NCBI GenBank assembly: GCA_942493315.1
Contig: OW818690.1
Coordinates: forward strand, 2,311,275-2,375,274
Direction of reading: 5' to 3'
Length of the DNA: 64,000 nt
From: an uncultured Bacteroidota bacterium
GTDB lineage: Bacteria; Bacteroidota; Bacteroidia; Bacteroidales; WCHB1-69
Shown here: positions 27,269-37,900 of the stretch, in pieces
How the letters are laid out: every line of letters begins with the position of its first letter
Position numbering within the stretch: position 1 is the stretch's first letter
Translations under genes and position numbers: made by a program
Notes under the pieces: generated by a model
What the model saw: only the letters and a program-made list of their open reading frames with translations
Databases searched by the model: none
Told to the model about the DNA's origin: nothing

Positions 27269-28693
27269 GAGACTATTCTAAAATCTGTGTCAAAAGGAAA
27301 AAACATTAATTTTGAAAAAACAAATTTGACACATGAAAAAGACAATCAAAAGAAGAAGTAGGAAGGAAGAACTGCAAGAAGAAATTGACAAAATTATACC
27401 TGATAGAGATGAACAAAAAGCCATGATCAGTGGATTATATCAAGGCAATCCATTGTTTGGAGAGAGTGGTATTTTTACTGATTTATTACAAAGAATGGTA
27501 AATTTATCATTAGAAGGGGAATTGGAAAGTTATTTAGAAGAATCTGTATCAGAGAAGAATAACAGAAAAAATGGCTTTAAAAAGAAACAAGTCAGAAGTA
27601 CTGGCGGCATGTTATCTATCAATACCCCACGAGATCGGAATGGAGAATATGAACCGATCATGGTCAAGAACTGGGAGCGAGAGTTAACAACAGGGATGGA
27701 TGAAATTATTCTAAGTCTCTATGCAAGAGGGCATTCAGTAGAAGATGTTCAACAGCATTTAAGGCAGATTTATGGTGTTGATATAAGTAATAGTGTTATC
27801 AGTACAATAACAGATAAGATTCTTCCTGAGATCACCTCATGGCAGAATAGAAGTTTAGCATCCTGTTATGTTGTAATGTATTTGGATGGAATATATTATA
27901 AAACAAGAGAAGATGGAAAGTTTTCAACCAAAGTAATACATACTTGTTATGGAATCACAGTTAATGGAGATCGTGATATTTTGGGGCTTTATATTAATGA
28001 ATCTGAAGGAGCAAAGAATTGGGGTCTAATATTGGAAGATCTCAAAAGAAGAGGAGTTGAAGATGTTCTATTTTTCTGTATTGACGGGTTAGCCGGATTT
28101 AAAGACGCTTTGGAATCTGTTTTTCCAAAAGCAATTGTACAACGCTGTGTAGTTCACATGATTAGATACTCTACTCGCTTTGTCAGTGATCGCGATATGA
28201 AAGCTGTATGTGCTGATTTAAGAGCTATTTACCAATCTACAAACGCAATAGAAGCTGAACTTGCATTGGAATCTTGTGAAGAAAAATGGGGTAAAAAGTA
28301 TAAAGGGTTGATCGATCATTGGAGAAATAATTGGGATTCCTTCATCCCATTTTTAGATTATAAACCCAATATTAGAAGAATGATATATACTACAAATCCA
28401 GTTGAAGCAGTTCATCGAGTCATGAGAAAAGTAACTAAATCTAAAGGAGGATGGAGCAATGACAAAGGACTGATTAAACAACTTTATTTAACGCTTATGT
28501 ACAATAAAAAATCCTGGAATAAAGTAGTTTTTAACTGGAAACCAATACAAATTGAATTAATTGAAAAATTTGGTGAAAGATATGAAAAACATTTACGATA
28601 ATTCAGTATCTTTGTCCAACCCTAATTCAAATGCTCTGACGGCTTTGAATTAGGATTGAACTAAGATACTGACACAGGTTTCAGAATACTCCC
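27269..28693 (+). mobile_element. IS256-family insertion sequence (1425 bp) with 24-bp imperfect IRs and an 8-bp TSD
   Basis: IRL is GAGACTATTCTAAAATCTGTGTCA (27269-27292). The reverse complement of IRR is GGGAGTATTCTGAAACCTGTGTCA (28670-28693), with 4 mismatches. The direct repeat AAGTAAGA lies at 27261-27268 and 28694-28701. Confidence 0.9.
27333..28601 (+). CDS. IS256-family (mutator-type) transposase
   Basis: 422 aa. Contains YEPIMVKNWERELT..IILSLYARGHSVEDVQQHL..VMYLDGIYYK..FCIDGLAGF..IVQRCVVHMIRY..IYTTNPVEAVHRVMRKVTK, the typical IS256/mutator DDE blocks. Confidence 0.92.
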   Translation: MKKTIKRRSRKEELQEEIDKIIPDRDEQKAMISGLYQGNPLFGESGIFTDLLQRMVNLSLEGELESYLEESVSEKNNRKNGFKKKQVRSTGGMLSINTPRDRNGEYEPIMVKNWERELTTGMDEIILSLYARGHSVEDVQQHLRQIYGVDISNSVISTITDKILPEITSWQNRSLASCYVVMYLDGIYYKTREDGKFSTKVIHTCYGITVNGDRDILGLYINESEGAKNWGLILEDLKRRGVEDVLFFCIDGLAGFKDALESVFPKAIVQRCVVHMIRYSTRFVSDRDMKAVCADLRAIYQSTNAIEAELALESCEEKWGKKYKGLIDHWRNNWDSFIPFLDYKPNIRRMIYTTNPVEAVHRVMRKVTKSKGGWSNDKGLIKQLYLTLMYNKKSWNKVVFNWKPIQIELIEKFGERYEKHLR

Positions 28694-29272
28694 AAGTAAG
28701 AAGTAAAAAGTAATTAGGGAGTGTTCAGAAATCTGTGTCAGATTGTTTGTTTAGAAGAAATATTCGTTTTTAATTCGTGAATTAGTGGCTTTTTTTTTAT
28801 TTTATTTTTGAATTAATACTATCACAAAGTTACACAGTGTTTTTCACAAAGTTATAGAGTACTTGGACAAGCCAGAGCCAAAATAGCACATAGATGTCAC
28901 GTATTAAACAGATTGCTACAGATTAGAAATAAGCTAATGTGGTAATAAGCTAATTGAAAAGCTGTCAGCTATCAGGTTTCAGTTATCTGGTTTTGAGTTT
29001 TAGTTTTTAACTAAAAAACCATTAACCTAAATATTATATTTTTCAATACTATCGACAATTGACTATCGACTTTTGACATTCAATCTGTGTAAATCAGTTC
29101 AATCTTAGTCATCTGTGTGCTATGAAAAACTTAACTAAAATGGCGAAATCTAGATACATCAGAATAATTTTTCAATATTATGCCAAAAAATAGACGATTA
29201 TCTAAAATAAGCTACTAAAATCCAAAATCCAAAATCCAAAACCCAATACCCAAAACCCAAAACCCAAAACCT
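28694..29272. repeat. Continuation of the composite repeat interrupted by IS256, including a solo IRL-like copy
   Basis: Contains aagtaaga/aagtaaaa words, GGGAGTGTTCAGAAATCTGTGTCA (28717-28740, IRL-like and in IRL orientation), tcacaaagttacacag words, taagctaat words, ctatcgac words, aatctgtgt words and ccaaaat/ccaaaac 7-mers. Confidence 0.75.
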
Positions 29273-30625
29273 TTAAACCTTTTTAAGAAACTCTTCATCA
29301 ACGCCCAATAATTGTGCAATTTTGAGGGCTTCCATGGGAACCTCTTCGTTTAATATTTCTATTAAGGTGTAGTCCATGTACTGATGGATATTTTTGGGGT
29401 CTATTTTTTCTTTGATCTCATTGATTTGTAACCCTTTTACCCTTAGTCTTCTACATTTTGCTTTAATGCCGGAGTAGTGGGTTGTAACGATACAAAAGTT
29501 GGCATATTGGCTCATTATTTCTAAAAATGCATTAACCAAAATGGTTCCTTCAACAGGGTTGGTAGTTCTGGCTAATTCATCTACTAAAATCATTAATTTT
29601 CTCCCTTTTTTGACCTCCTTGATGATCTCATTAATCCCTAGAATTTCATAAGCAAAAGAAGAAAGCCCGGTTAATTCGGATGATTGATCTCCCATACTGA
29701 AATAGATCTCATCAACAGGACAAATTTCAGCATCTCGGGCAGGCACAAAAAAACCACACTGAAACATATTTTGGGCAAAAGCTATGGTTTTCAGAAAAAT
29801 GGTTTTTCCGGACATATTGGCGCCGGTAATCAATGTGGGTGTTTGAAACAAATCAATATTGATAGGCTGAAACTTCTTGTTTTCAGAGGCTAACCGGCTT
29901 TTTGTAATGGGATGAAAGAGGTTTTTATAAGAGGTTTGTGATGAAGAAACACGAGGTCTACAACAATCCCAAAGATCTGCTAATCTTGCTTTTGCAATCC
30001 AGACATCTAACGAAGCGATCTGATGTAAGTTGGATTCCAACGCTTTTGAGTATTCTTTCAACGAATGTGATAAACGCTCCCGTACCTGATCCTCAATCAG
30101 TGTAGTTTCTATAAATAGTTGCTCTTTTTCTTCAGATTTTCCTAGAATTTCTAAGCGTTTTCTGTTATCAAACAATCTTGAATCATAAACAGAATAGATA
30201 TAAAAATAAGGTATTTGAGTATTCTCAGGATCTAAAATATCTATGATGGGTTTGATATCATGTAATTGAAATAATGAAAACTCAGATTCAATCAATAATT
30301 GAGCTATTTTTTGAATAGTAAGAGCCCCTCTTTTTATTTCAAAAAGATCAATATCATCCAGATTTTCTCCCCCTTTTAATCTTTTCAAAGTTCCTGAAAA
30401 ATCTCTGATTTCATGAATTTGATCACAAACCAATCGGTTTTTATCATTTTTAAAAAACCAATCTTTAACAGTAGCAACCCGATTTAATTCTGCTTCAATC
30501 TCCTTAGGATTCGTCATAAAATGGGAAGAGAGCAATGATTTTTCACCAATTGCAGATTGAATCTGAAGGTTTTCTAAAACAAATCGTAATGGAGGTGTTT
30601 CTTTGATAAGTTCTCTAAAAGTCAT
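29273..30625 (-). CDS. MutS-related ATPase (MutS domain V only, no mismatch-binding domain)
   Basis: 450 aa. Walker A GANMSGKTIFLKT and the MutS-type Walker B/signature region MILVDELARTTNPVEGT. Confidence 0.75.
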   Translation of the reverse strand: MTFRELIKETPPLRFVLENLQIQSAIGEKSLLSSHFMTNPKEIEAELNRVATVKDWFFKNDKNRLVCDQIHEIRDFSGTLKRLKGGENLDDIDLFEIKRGALTIQKIAQLLIESEFSLFQLHDIKPIIDILDPENTQIPYFYIYSVYDSRLFDNRKRLEILGKSEEKEQLFIETTLIEDQVRERLSHSLKEYSKALESNLHQIASLDVWIAKARLADLWDCCRPRVSSSQTSYKNLFHPITKSRLASENKKFQPINIDLFQTPTLITGANMSGKTIFLKTIAFAQNMFQCGFFVPARDAEICPVDEIYFSMGDQSSELTGLSSFAYEILGINEIIKEVKKGRKLMILVDELARTTNPVEGTILVNAFLEIMSQYANFCIVTTHYSGIKAKCRRLRVKGLQINEIKEKIDPKNIHQYMDYTLIEILNEEVPMEALKIAQLLGVDEEFLKKV

Positions 30626-30643
30626 GATTGTAGTGATTTAAGT

Positions 30644-31927
30644 TTATGGTTTTCCTAAAAGTCTGAACATATTGTTTTTATATGCTTCCACACCCGGTTG
30701 GTCAAAGGGATTGATTTCTAACATATAGCCTCCTAATGCACATGAAAATTCGAAGAAGTAGATCAATTGTCCTATGATAGCTTCTGAAATTTCAGGAATT
30801 TCGATTCTAAGATATGGAACACCTCCGGATTGATGCGCCATTCTGGTTCCCTCTTCAGCAATAAGATTTATTTCATGCATCGATCTATGTTCTAAATAAT
30901 TTAATCCATCTAAATCAGCTGGATCGTGTGGTATGGGAAGATTGGTATTTGATTGTTGAACAGAAATAAAGGTTTCAAAAAGGTGTCGTTCTCCCTCTTG
31001 AATATATTGTCCTAAAGAGTGTAAATCCGTAGAAAAGATTGCTCCGGCTGGGAATAATCCTTTGTTTTCTTTCCCTTCACTCTCTCCAAAAAGTTGTTTA
31101 AACCATTCTATTAAAAAATAAAGTTTTGGTTCAAATGAAACCATCAGCTCCAATTTTTTACCTGATTGGTATAATAAATAACGATACAAGGCATATTGAA
31201 TGGCCGGATTATTTTCAGAAGTTGAATGTTCTAAAAGGTTTTTTTTCATTTCTTTAGCGCCGTTCAATAATTTTTGAATATCGAAACCAGCAACAGCTAT
31301 TGGCAACAACCCAACAGGTGTCAGTACAGAATAACGACCACCCACATCATCAGGAATTACAAAAGTAGTATAATGGTTTTCAGAAGCTAATACTTTAAGA
31401 GCACCTTTTTTTTGATCAGTGATCGCTACAATACGCTCTGAAGCACCCTTTTTGCCATATTTTTGTTCACAATGTTCCTTTAAAATTCTGAATGCAATAG
31501 CCGGTTCTGTAGTGGTTCCCGATTTGGATATAACAATGATGGAATACTCTTTATGATTTAAAAGCTGCATTAAATCGTAATGATACGATTCACTGAGATG
31601 GTTTCCGGCATAAACCATTTGGGGAAGATCATGGTTAAAATGGGACTGAAGCGCTTCAATGACAGCACGGGCACCCAGATAAGAACCCCCAATTCCTACA
31701 ACGACAACTATTTCAGAAAGTTGGCGTAGTTTTTTTGCACAATTTTGGATATCAGAAACTAATGTGCTATCAACAGTTTCAGGTAAATCAAGCCAACCTA
31801 AAAATTCGTTACCTTTTCCAGACTTAGAAATAAGCGATAAATAAGCACCATTACAACGCTCAAGATCTTTATTTTCTAAGGAAGGAATAAACGTTTCTAT
31901 CCCTTGTAAATCTAAACGGATATCCAT
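30644..31927 (-). CDS. pgi: Glucose-6-phosphate isomerase (short form)
   Basis: 427 aa. Contains VVVGIGGSYLGARA, ISKSGTTTEP, GGRYSVLT and GESEGK, the PGI signatures. Confidence 0.93.
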   Translation of the reverse strand: MDIRLDLQGIETFIPSLENKDLERCNGAYLSLISKSGKGNEFLGWLDLPETVDSTLVSDIQNCAKKLRQLSEIVVVVGIGGSYLGARAVIEALQSHFNHDLPQMVYAGNHLSESYHYDLMQLLNHKEYSIIVISKSGTTTEPAIAFRILKEHCEQKYGKKGASERIVAITDQKKGALKVLASENHYTTFVIPDDVGGRYSVLTPVGLLPIAVAGFDIQKLLNGAKEMKKNLLEHSTSENNPAIQYALYRYLLYQSGKKLELMVSFEPKLYFLIEWFKQLFGESEGKENKGLFPAGAIFSTDLHSLGQYIQEGERHLFETFISVQQSNTNLPIPHDPADLDGLNYLEHRSMHEINLIAEEGTRMAHQSGGVPYLRIEIPEISEAIIGQLIYFFEFSCALGGYMLEINPFDQPGVEAYKNNMFRLLGKP

Positions 31928-31942
31928 AAAGTGTTTATTTTA

Positions 31943-33397
31943 TTAATATTCTATCTTTTTTTCTTTTGCTTTTTTATAACCCCAATCAAACAGCAATCCA
32001 AATTGAACATTCATTAAAGAAGCGTTTAAAGGACTTACTACAGCTAAAATATTATCTGTACCTCCATACAAATGGACAGGACCTAAACGCAAGCCCAAGC
32101 CAATTCCAAGATTTCCATAGCTACTTTTGGTCATCGTATAAGCAGTGGTTACATCTACAATACCCCAGAAATTTCCGTTATAGGCTAATGTAAGGGATGG
32201 GACTAAGGTTGTATTTACCACAAAACCTTTAAATAAAGCTGTAAAACGATGCGATTCATTAATTTGATAATATCCTTCAACTCCAATTTTTGTAGAGAGA
32301 GAAGTGTAATAATGGGGCAACTCTTCCATAACAAAAAGATCTTGTAAAAATGTATCCATACTTGTTGGAAGTCCAAATGCTTCAGAAAAACTAGCTCCAT
32401 TCATCAATTGATCAATCACATCAGATGTTAATCCATTAAAAACGATATTCCCCTCTGAATCTACAAACTCACCTTCAGCTAATGGTTTTGTTTTAATGGA
32501 GATGGTACTGGTTTTCCATTTGATAAATCCAAGATCGTTCACTGAAACAGAAACACCAAAATTATTATCAATTCTATACAAAACCCCCATATCGATACCG
32601 GCACCGCTATTACCGGTCAACGTTCCTTTTGCAGCATTAAAAATTTCAGATGCACTGGTTAAAGATGAAAGATCTTTTAAAACTATTCTGTTGTCTTCAA
32701 CACCAAAAATAGGGATGGGAGTAGCAAATCTTAATTCTCCGTTATAGTTTAATTTTAATGAATAATCAGAAGGATCAGTGTAAAGTTTGAAAGTAAGATC
32801 GCTCACATTTACATTCATATAACCATTTAAATATTTGGGTCTTACCCCAATATAAAAATGATCATTTAGTTTAAAATGAACCCCAACAGAAGTTTCACTG
32901 TATGCTGAAGTACTAAATTTCATGCTGATATTGGCCGGATTGTGAGAACCCAGATAATTCAAATTTCCTAATGCTAAAAACCCAAAAAGATCTTGGGAAT
33001 AATGGTAGTTAAATTCGTATCTAAACCGTTGACTATAAGTAAAAAATAAATTCTTAACTCTAAATCCAAATCCAATCAACTCCTCATTCACATTAAAAGC
33101 TAAAATATTATTTTTATCGCTTAAACTTTCCACAAAATTGTTAGCAGTTATGGCAGATGGGGTTCCATCTGAACCTAATTTAAAAAGATTATCATATTTA
33201 AATCCCGAGTTTTGAAAAGAAAAATTGAAATTACTTAAAAATGGAAAACTTACATATCCATTTACGGGTTGATAAGCAGCGGGATTATAGAAATTTGATA
33301 ATGGATTTAGTCTGCTAAATCGGATAATTTCAGTATTTTGAGCCATCATAAATAGGGAGCTCAGAAGAAGAATGAGTGATAAGGTGACCTTTTTCAT
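31943..33397 (-). CDS. Hypothetical outer-membrane-like protein (signal peptide, beta-rich), possibly a PorP/SprF-like partner of the type-B T9SS cargo
   Basis: 484 aa. Signal peptide ..SSLFMMAQN, alternating hydrophobic beta-strand-like sequence, and a glycine/aromatic-rich C-terminal part. The PorP/SprF link rests only on context and a weak N-terminal resemblance (FSRLNPLSNFYNPAAY). Confidence 0.4.
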   Translation of the reverse strand: MKKVTLSLILLLSSLFMMAQNTEIIRFSRLNPLSNFYNPAAYQPVNGYVSFPFLSNFNFSFQNSGFKYDNLFKLGSDGTPSAITANNFVESLSDKNNILAFNVNEELIGFGFRVKNLFFTYSQRFRYEFNYHYSQDLFGFLALGNLNYLGSHNPANISMKFSTSAYSETSVGVHFKLNDHFYIGVRPKYLNGYMNVNVSDLTFKLYTDPSDYSLKLNYNGELRFATPIPIFGVEDNRIVLKDLSSLTSASEIFNAAKGTLTGNSGAGIDMGVLYRIDNNFGVSVSVNDLGFIKWKTSTISIKTKPLAEGEFVDSEGNIVFNGLTSDVIDQLMNGASFSEAFGLPTSMDTFLQDLFVMEELPHYYTSLSTKIGVEGYYQINESHRFTALFKGFVVNTTLVPSLTLAYNGNFWGIVDVTTAYTMTKSSYGNLGIGLGLRLGPVHLYGGTDNILAVVSPLNASLMNVQFGLLFDWGYKKAKEKKIEY

Positions 33398-33404
33398 AGT
33401 AATA

Positions 33405-34967
33405 TTATTGATTGATTGTAATATCTTGATAATTAAATACGGCTTTTAAGCCTAACGATGCTTTTAAATATTGACGAACATTAAATACCACTTCACGATT
33501 ATCGGTGTTTAAATTCACTTTAAAAATCAGTTTTCCACAATTTTTTATTCTTTCCAACCGATCATCTGTGATAAAGTACATTTGAACAGGAGAGGGAACT
33601 GGTGTGCCTGAAAATGAACCAAAAAGTATATTGGTACTTTTAAAAAGGGAATCGATGATTGTGTTATTTGTTGTATCCACAAAATAGATTTGTGCTCCAA
33701 CATTAAGAGGTAAAGTGCTTTCGAAATAAGTTCTAAGTGCTAATGTATCAATAAATTGAAAATCACCTGTTGGAATTTTTTCAATAATTTCTGTTAAATT
33801 AAAAGGAATTGTATCTCTATAATACATATTTGAGATTTTGATATCGACAGGAACTTCTGCTTTTAATTTTACACTAATTTCTGAATTTTCATCAATTCTG
33901 ATCACACCGGCATCAAAACCATCCGGATTTAAAACGGCATTGCCGCTAATTTTTAATTTTTTATAGTCAGTATTTAAAGTTATACTTGAAAATCCATTAA
34001 CAATTTGGTCTGAAAAATGAGTTGGAGAAACAGGTAAATTGATATTAACCGGAGATGATGAAATGATAGAAGCATACATGTTTTCCCCGGTAAATGCTGC
34101 AGTATCTAAATCAACTCTACCTTTAACCATAAAGGAGTTGAGGGCAGAAATTGTCAATTTGGGGTGATAAACGGTAATATCACCACCATATTGTTCAGAA
34201 GAGATGTCGAAATCAAAACTTTCATTAAAAGGAATCTGATAAGAGTTTAATTTAGCATATAAACTTTTAAAGGTGATTTCAGAAATTTGAATAGAAACAT
34301 TTAACAAGTACTGAGATGCAGTGGGAGGAGTGCCATTATTGGTAATTCTGGATTCAATACTAAATGTAGCAGAATTATTGGCGTCAGGTATAAATGTATA
34401 GTTAGACAAATCAATGGTTCTGCTTAATTCACCGGGTGTAAAAGTCAGTGTAAAGTTAGTTCCAGAGGATGTTTTAATATTGGGTGTACTGATTGTACAT
34501 AAAAAATCTTGCGTAATATTATCTGATATTGTAATTTGAAGTGACCCTGATTTTAAAGATGCACTATAAATTTCCAACATATCATTTTCAAAATTGATAG
34601 GAGCTGAATTTTGTTCTACAGAAATGGAGTTTGGAATATGATTTGGATTCAAATTAAAACTACCATTAAAATTTTGTCCTCCGATAGTTAAAAAATCGGA
34701 TGCTTTGATGATTTTTTCTTTTTCAAAAGTGTAGAATAGAGTTAAAGAACCATCTGATTCAACTCTAACAAATTCGGAACTATCCATTTTAAGGAGCAGA
34801 TCATCAATAGAATATTGAGCATTGATAACAGGAACTCCCCAGGAAGAAGTGCCTTCAATACCATTCAGATTATTAAAATTGAAAACTTCATCAAACTTAG
34901 TACAACTCCAAAAGCTGCATAAAGCGAAAAGTAAACCAAATACTATTACTAATCTTGACTTTTTCAT
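33405..34967 (-). CDS. Hypothetical lipoprotein
   Basis: 520 aa with lipobox-like LFALCSFWSC. I recognised no domain. It is co-oriented and tightly spaced with its neighbours. Confidence 0.5.
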   Translation of the reverse strand: MKKSRLVIVFGLLFALCSFWSCTKFDEVFNFNNLNGIEGTSSWGVPVINAQYSIDDLLLKMDSSEFVRVESDGSLTLFYTFEKEKIIKASDFLTIGGQNFNGSFNLNPNHIPNSISVEQNSAPINFENDMLEIYSASLKSGSLQITISDNITQDFLCTISTPNIKTSSGTNFTLTFTPGELSRTIDLSNYTFIPDANNSATFSIESRITNNGTPPTASQYLLNVSIQISEITFKSLYAKLNSYQIPFNESFDFDISSEQYGGDITVYHPKLTISALNSFMVKGRVDLDTAAFTGENMYASIISSSPVNINLPVSPTHFSDQIVNGFSSITLNTDYKKLKISGNAVLNPDGFDAGVIRIDENSEISVKLKAEVPVDIKISNMYYRDTIPFNLTEIIEKIPTGDFQFIDTLALRTYFESTLPLNVGAQIYFVDTTNNTIIDSLFKSTNILFGSFSGTPVPSPVQMYFITDDRLERIKNCGKLIFKVNLNTDNREVVFNVRQYLKASLGLKAVFNYQDITINQ

Positions 34968-34978
34968 AAAAGTTCAAT

Positions 34979-37900
34979 TTATCTTATTAACGTAATATTT
35001 CCTTTTTTGAGTATATACTCTTTATTGTTACATTTTCCTTCCAAATAATAATCATAAACACCCGGAGTGCATTTTTCGCCTTTATAAATACCGTCCCAGC
35101 CCACATTTACATTGGAAGTTTCAAAAAGTAATTCTCCCAAGCGGTTGTATATGCGAAATGTAAAATTCTCAAGAATTTCGCTTCTAACATACAAAACATC
35201 ATTGGTTTCATCCCCGTTTGGTGTAAAAGCGTTCGGTATAAATACATAAGGCTCGTCACAAATTCTCTCGGTAACATAAACAGTTACAGTATCTTTTTTG
35301 TAACACAAAAAGCTATCGGTAACTTTTACGGTATAGGTAGTTGTTACTTCAGGACGTGAATAAGTTGAAGATTGATCGGGATGGGTAATATGAATAGATG
35401 GTGTCCACGAATAGTGATATTCGTTATCGGTTAATATTGTTGATTCCAAAAGGGTAGAATCACCTAAAAATATATATGGTTTAACACACCAGGCATTAAA
35501 AGCACCCTGAAATGTTCCCATCTGAATGGTTACCGGAATCGAAATTATTTTTTGACAACCATAGGAATTGGTAACCGTAACAAAAAATGTAGTGTTTATA
35601 GGAGGATTCACGGTAGGACTGGAACTATTTTCACCTGCAATAATATATTCTGTAGGAGCCCATATAAAGGTACAATTGGCAGGATTAACCTGTAATTGAA
35701 TTTGTTCAGGATTGTTGAAACAAATAACCACAGACTCAGGAGCCGTTACCTGAATAGGAGAAACAACAACCATTGTGTTTTGATATACGACACAATCATC
35801 ATAAAATGCTTTTAAATAGAGAGTTGTAGTGGTTTGTGTCGGAGTATAATCTAAGTTTGGACTGTTGATATCACTATTGATCGTATTTGAAAAAGTTGGA
35901 GAAGTGGACCAAATATATTGAGCAGTTACATTGGAAGTCACCGTTGGTGTAATATGAGCTGTTTCCCCTTCACACACTATATATGAAGCATCTAAAGCAA
36001 TGTCTATATCTACAATGGAAACATCCTGTGTGATCGTATCACTGCAAACACTATTTGAAACCAATAATGTATAAGTAGTTGATGTTGTTACATTTGCTAT
36101 TGGATTAGATATATTAGGATTATTGAGACCTGTAGTTGGAGTCCAGTGGTAGGTAACCTGATCTTGAGGAGCCGGTAATATTCCGATTTGAACAGATTCT
36201 CCGGAGCAAATCAAAACAGAGGGAATTGAATAGGAAGCATTAGCAAGTACAGTAATTGTTTTTGTTAAGGTATCAGAAAAGTTGCAACTACTCAAATCGT
36301 GTACAATTAAAGTGATATTGTATAATCCGGCTTGAGAATAAGTGTGAGTAGGAATGAAATCTGTTGAAGTTGTGCCATCTCCGAAATCCCAGAAAAAGGA
36401 GGTGCTAGAACCAATCACTAATGATTGATTGTTAAAAGTCACATCAGCGGGAGCACATACTGTATTGGGCATGTTGAATTCAGAAACTACAGCAGGTAAA
36501 TTAAAATCTATTTTAAAAACAGCCAGATTGCAATTTGAACTATTATTATTTTCTGAGTAAGCTCCCGGAGTTGTAGGAAAATTATCAGAACCTCCGCATC
36601 CGGCACATACAGCTTGATAGATTCTCCCTTGTCTGTCAAATCGACTGGTTCCACCATCCACATGTTCCCCACTATTGGTGTTATTTTGGCCAAAAAAGGA
36701 GCCAAAAAGGAGGGCGGAAGCATCATCAGTAATACACATCAGGTAATAATCCTTATTGTCAGTAGTGTTTTGAAAAGCATCTGCAGTGGTGGGTAATCCT
36801 GTTGTTCCAAGAGTATTATAATTGCCAATCGGGCCTCCCCAGCCTGACAGATAAACTCTGTTACATACATCAACTAAAAGAGCAGTAGGAGAGATGTCGG
36901 ATCCCTGAGATAAATTGCCAAATTCTGTCGACCAAACAATAGAAGTTAAATCGGGTGAAAATTTGGTAATAAATTGACCGGCTCCATAATGCCAGTTCGC
37001 ATTTTGTACAAATGTGTTGGAAGGGGCACCGGTTTGACCCACAATATGGGGATGATTTAATTTGTCGGTTTTTACTAAATAGGATTGGTCATAAGAACTA
37101 CTACCAAAATAGGTAAATCCTAATAGTGAAGTTCCATTTTCATTAAGATGTGCCACATATCCATCCGCAATTCCTCCAGCATAATTAGGTTGAACACCTG
37201 AAGATATGTTGGTTAGATTTTGAGCTGTTGTACCACCTGTAATATAAACAGAGTTATTTTCTCCCAAAGATAAACTATAACCTGCAACAGCTGAAGTTCC
37301 CGATCCTCTAAAATAGGTACTCCAGACCAGATTGGATAAATTATGATTCAACTTACAAACAATGGCAGCCTGAGAACCTCCGAAAGATGTTTGGTATGCA
37401 TTTGAAGTTGTTGGAAAATTGATAGAATTGGTAGAAGAGGTGATGTAAACATTGCTGTTTTCATCAAGAATGATCTCTCCTCTTGCTTCATCAGCATAAT
37501 TGTGGACTAAAACGGGATTTAGATTAAATCCATCATTATTAGTTCCTCCCAAAAAAGTGGAACCTAACAATTGTGAACCGTTTTGATTTAATTTTAAAAT
37601 AAAAATATCGGTTCCAAGCGGAAATTGTTTATAATTTACATCACAATTGATTCCCCCATTAAAAGTATTATCGTAAGCATTACTCGAAGTAGGAAAATTG
37701 GGGGATCCGGTTGTCCCAAACATATAAAGTTCATTATTTTCATTAACAACCATGCTATGAGGAAAATCTGAATTTAGTCCACCTACGTAGGTAGCAAAAA
37801 TTAAATTTGTTCCTGTTGAGTTAAATTTGGAGATTGAGATATCTGTATCACCTCCGGCATAAGTTGTTTGAAATGCACCTAAAGTAACTGGATAACCAAT

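Noticed and set aside
27133-27345. 70-aa minus-strand ORF (..LLPLTSYLLPLTFYLLP..)
   Set aside because: It is entirely a translation of the 7-nt microsatellite and runs into the IS256 left end. It is not a gene.
28602-28669. 11-bp-stem hairpin (cctaattcaaa / tttgaattagg) between the IS256 transposase stop and IRR, as a host terminator or riboregulator
   Set aside because: It lies inside the IS, so it is most simply an element-internal terminator or transposase-binding feature. It has no T-tract and nothing links it to host genes.
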